Part shown: positions 35,983 through 36,333 of the stretch, piece by piece
How positions within the stretch are numbered: position 1 is the first letter of the stretch
Layout of the letters: the number at the start of each line of letters is the position of its first letter
IMG/VR virus record: IMGVR_UViG_3300030095_005826
Coordinates: 1 to 36,333 of that record
Reading direction: 5' to 3' (one strand)
DNA from: a virus
Taxonomy: Duplodnaviria; Caudoviricetes
Length of the DNA stretch: 36,333 bases
Notes under the pieces: generated by a model
What the model saw: only the letters and a program-made list of their open reading frames with translations
Told to the model about the DNA's origin: nothing
Databases searched by the model: none
Position numbers and translations under genes: made by a program

Positions 35983-36032
35983 ATCTTAACCCAGCTTAAC
36001 CTACTTTAATTAATAACTTAAAACTTAAAACA

Positions 36033-36227
36033 ATGACTAAATTAGAAAAACTTCGTAAAAAAGTAAAAACACAAAATACGTGGACTAACAAGAGGATCAC
36101 GTTCGGAACTACGGATACGATTAAATCCAGTACGAAACCGAGTTACAGCCGAAACGCGCTGTGGACGTATCACGGTAACAAGGAGTATTACTCACACTGT
36201 AAGTGGGAAGGGCTTAGAGAAGCGTAA
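36033..36227 (+). CDS. Hypothetical early protein
   Basis: 64-aa ORF with an A-rich leader. Confidence 0.65.
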   Translation: MTKLEKLRKKVKTQNTWTNKRITFGTTDTIKSSTKPSYSRNALWTYHGNKEYYSHCKWEGLREA

Positions 36228-36266
36228 ATGCTATACGTCTTCACAACGATTGAATATAGATAATAT
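36225..36266 (+). promoter_or_regulatory. Early promoter-like motif copy 3
   Basis: 15-bp identity to 35692-35706 plus identically spaced ACGA and TAGATAATAT. Confidence 0.7.
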
Positions 36267-36285
36267 AAATGTAAAAACAATAACT

Positions 36286-36333
36286 ATGAAACATATAAGT
36301 AAAAAAGAATTTAATAGATTCTATAAAATAATG
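36286..36333 (+). CDS. Hypothetical early protein (partial)
   Basis: MKHISKKEFNRFYKIM..., open to the window end, downstream of motif copy 3. Confidence 0.55.
   Translation, partial: MKHISKKEFNRFYKIM

Noticed and set aside
35405-36266. CRISPR array or tRNA
   Set aside because: Repeats are too short or too widely spaced, with no spacer structure; no cloverleaf was recognised.

Overview
AT-rich dsDNA phage genome segment, most likely a marine Bacteroidota (Flavobacteria-type) podovirus with crAss-like structural gene organisation. The host is inferred from A/T-rich starts without Shine-Dalgarno motifs, a TAnnTTTG element and Bacteroidota-type FN3 modules. About 35 kb is a minus-strand late region: small basic proteins, GroEL, GroES, a wHTH protein, a holin/lysis cluster, two tail fibre + Gly-rich adhesin + chaperone cassettes, a tandem GroES-like protein, small and large terminase, portal, scaffold, major capsid, tail ring proteins and a split tail nozzle. 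Next comes a GC-rich, A-depleted strand-switch region with 10-bp-phased repeats, then plus-strand small early ORFs behind a repeated promoter-like motif. The most notable signal is a hidden layer of information inside core genes, visible as sharp GC-rich patches. These are +1-frame overprinted ORFs in the scaffold gene (44-aa MPFKSKAQ... basic protein) and in terL (173-aa lipoprotein-like and 86-aa ORFs), plus a structured RNA-like element within groEL. All calls come from reading the sequence; no searches were run.
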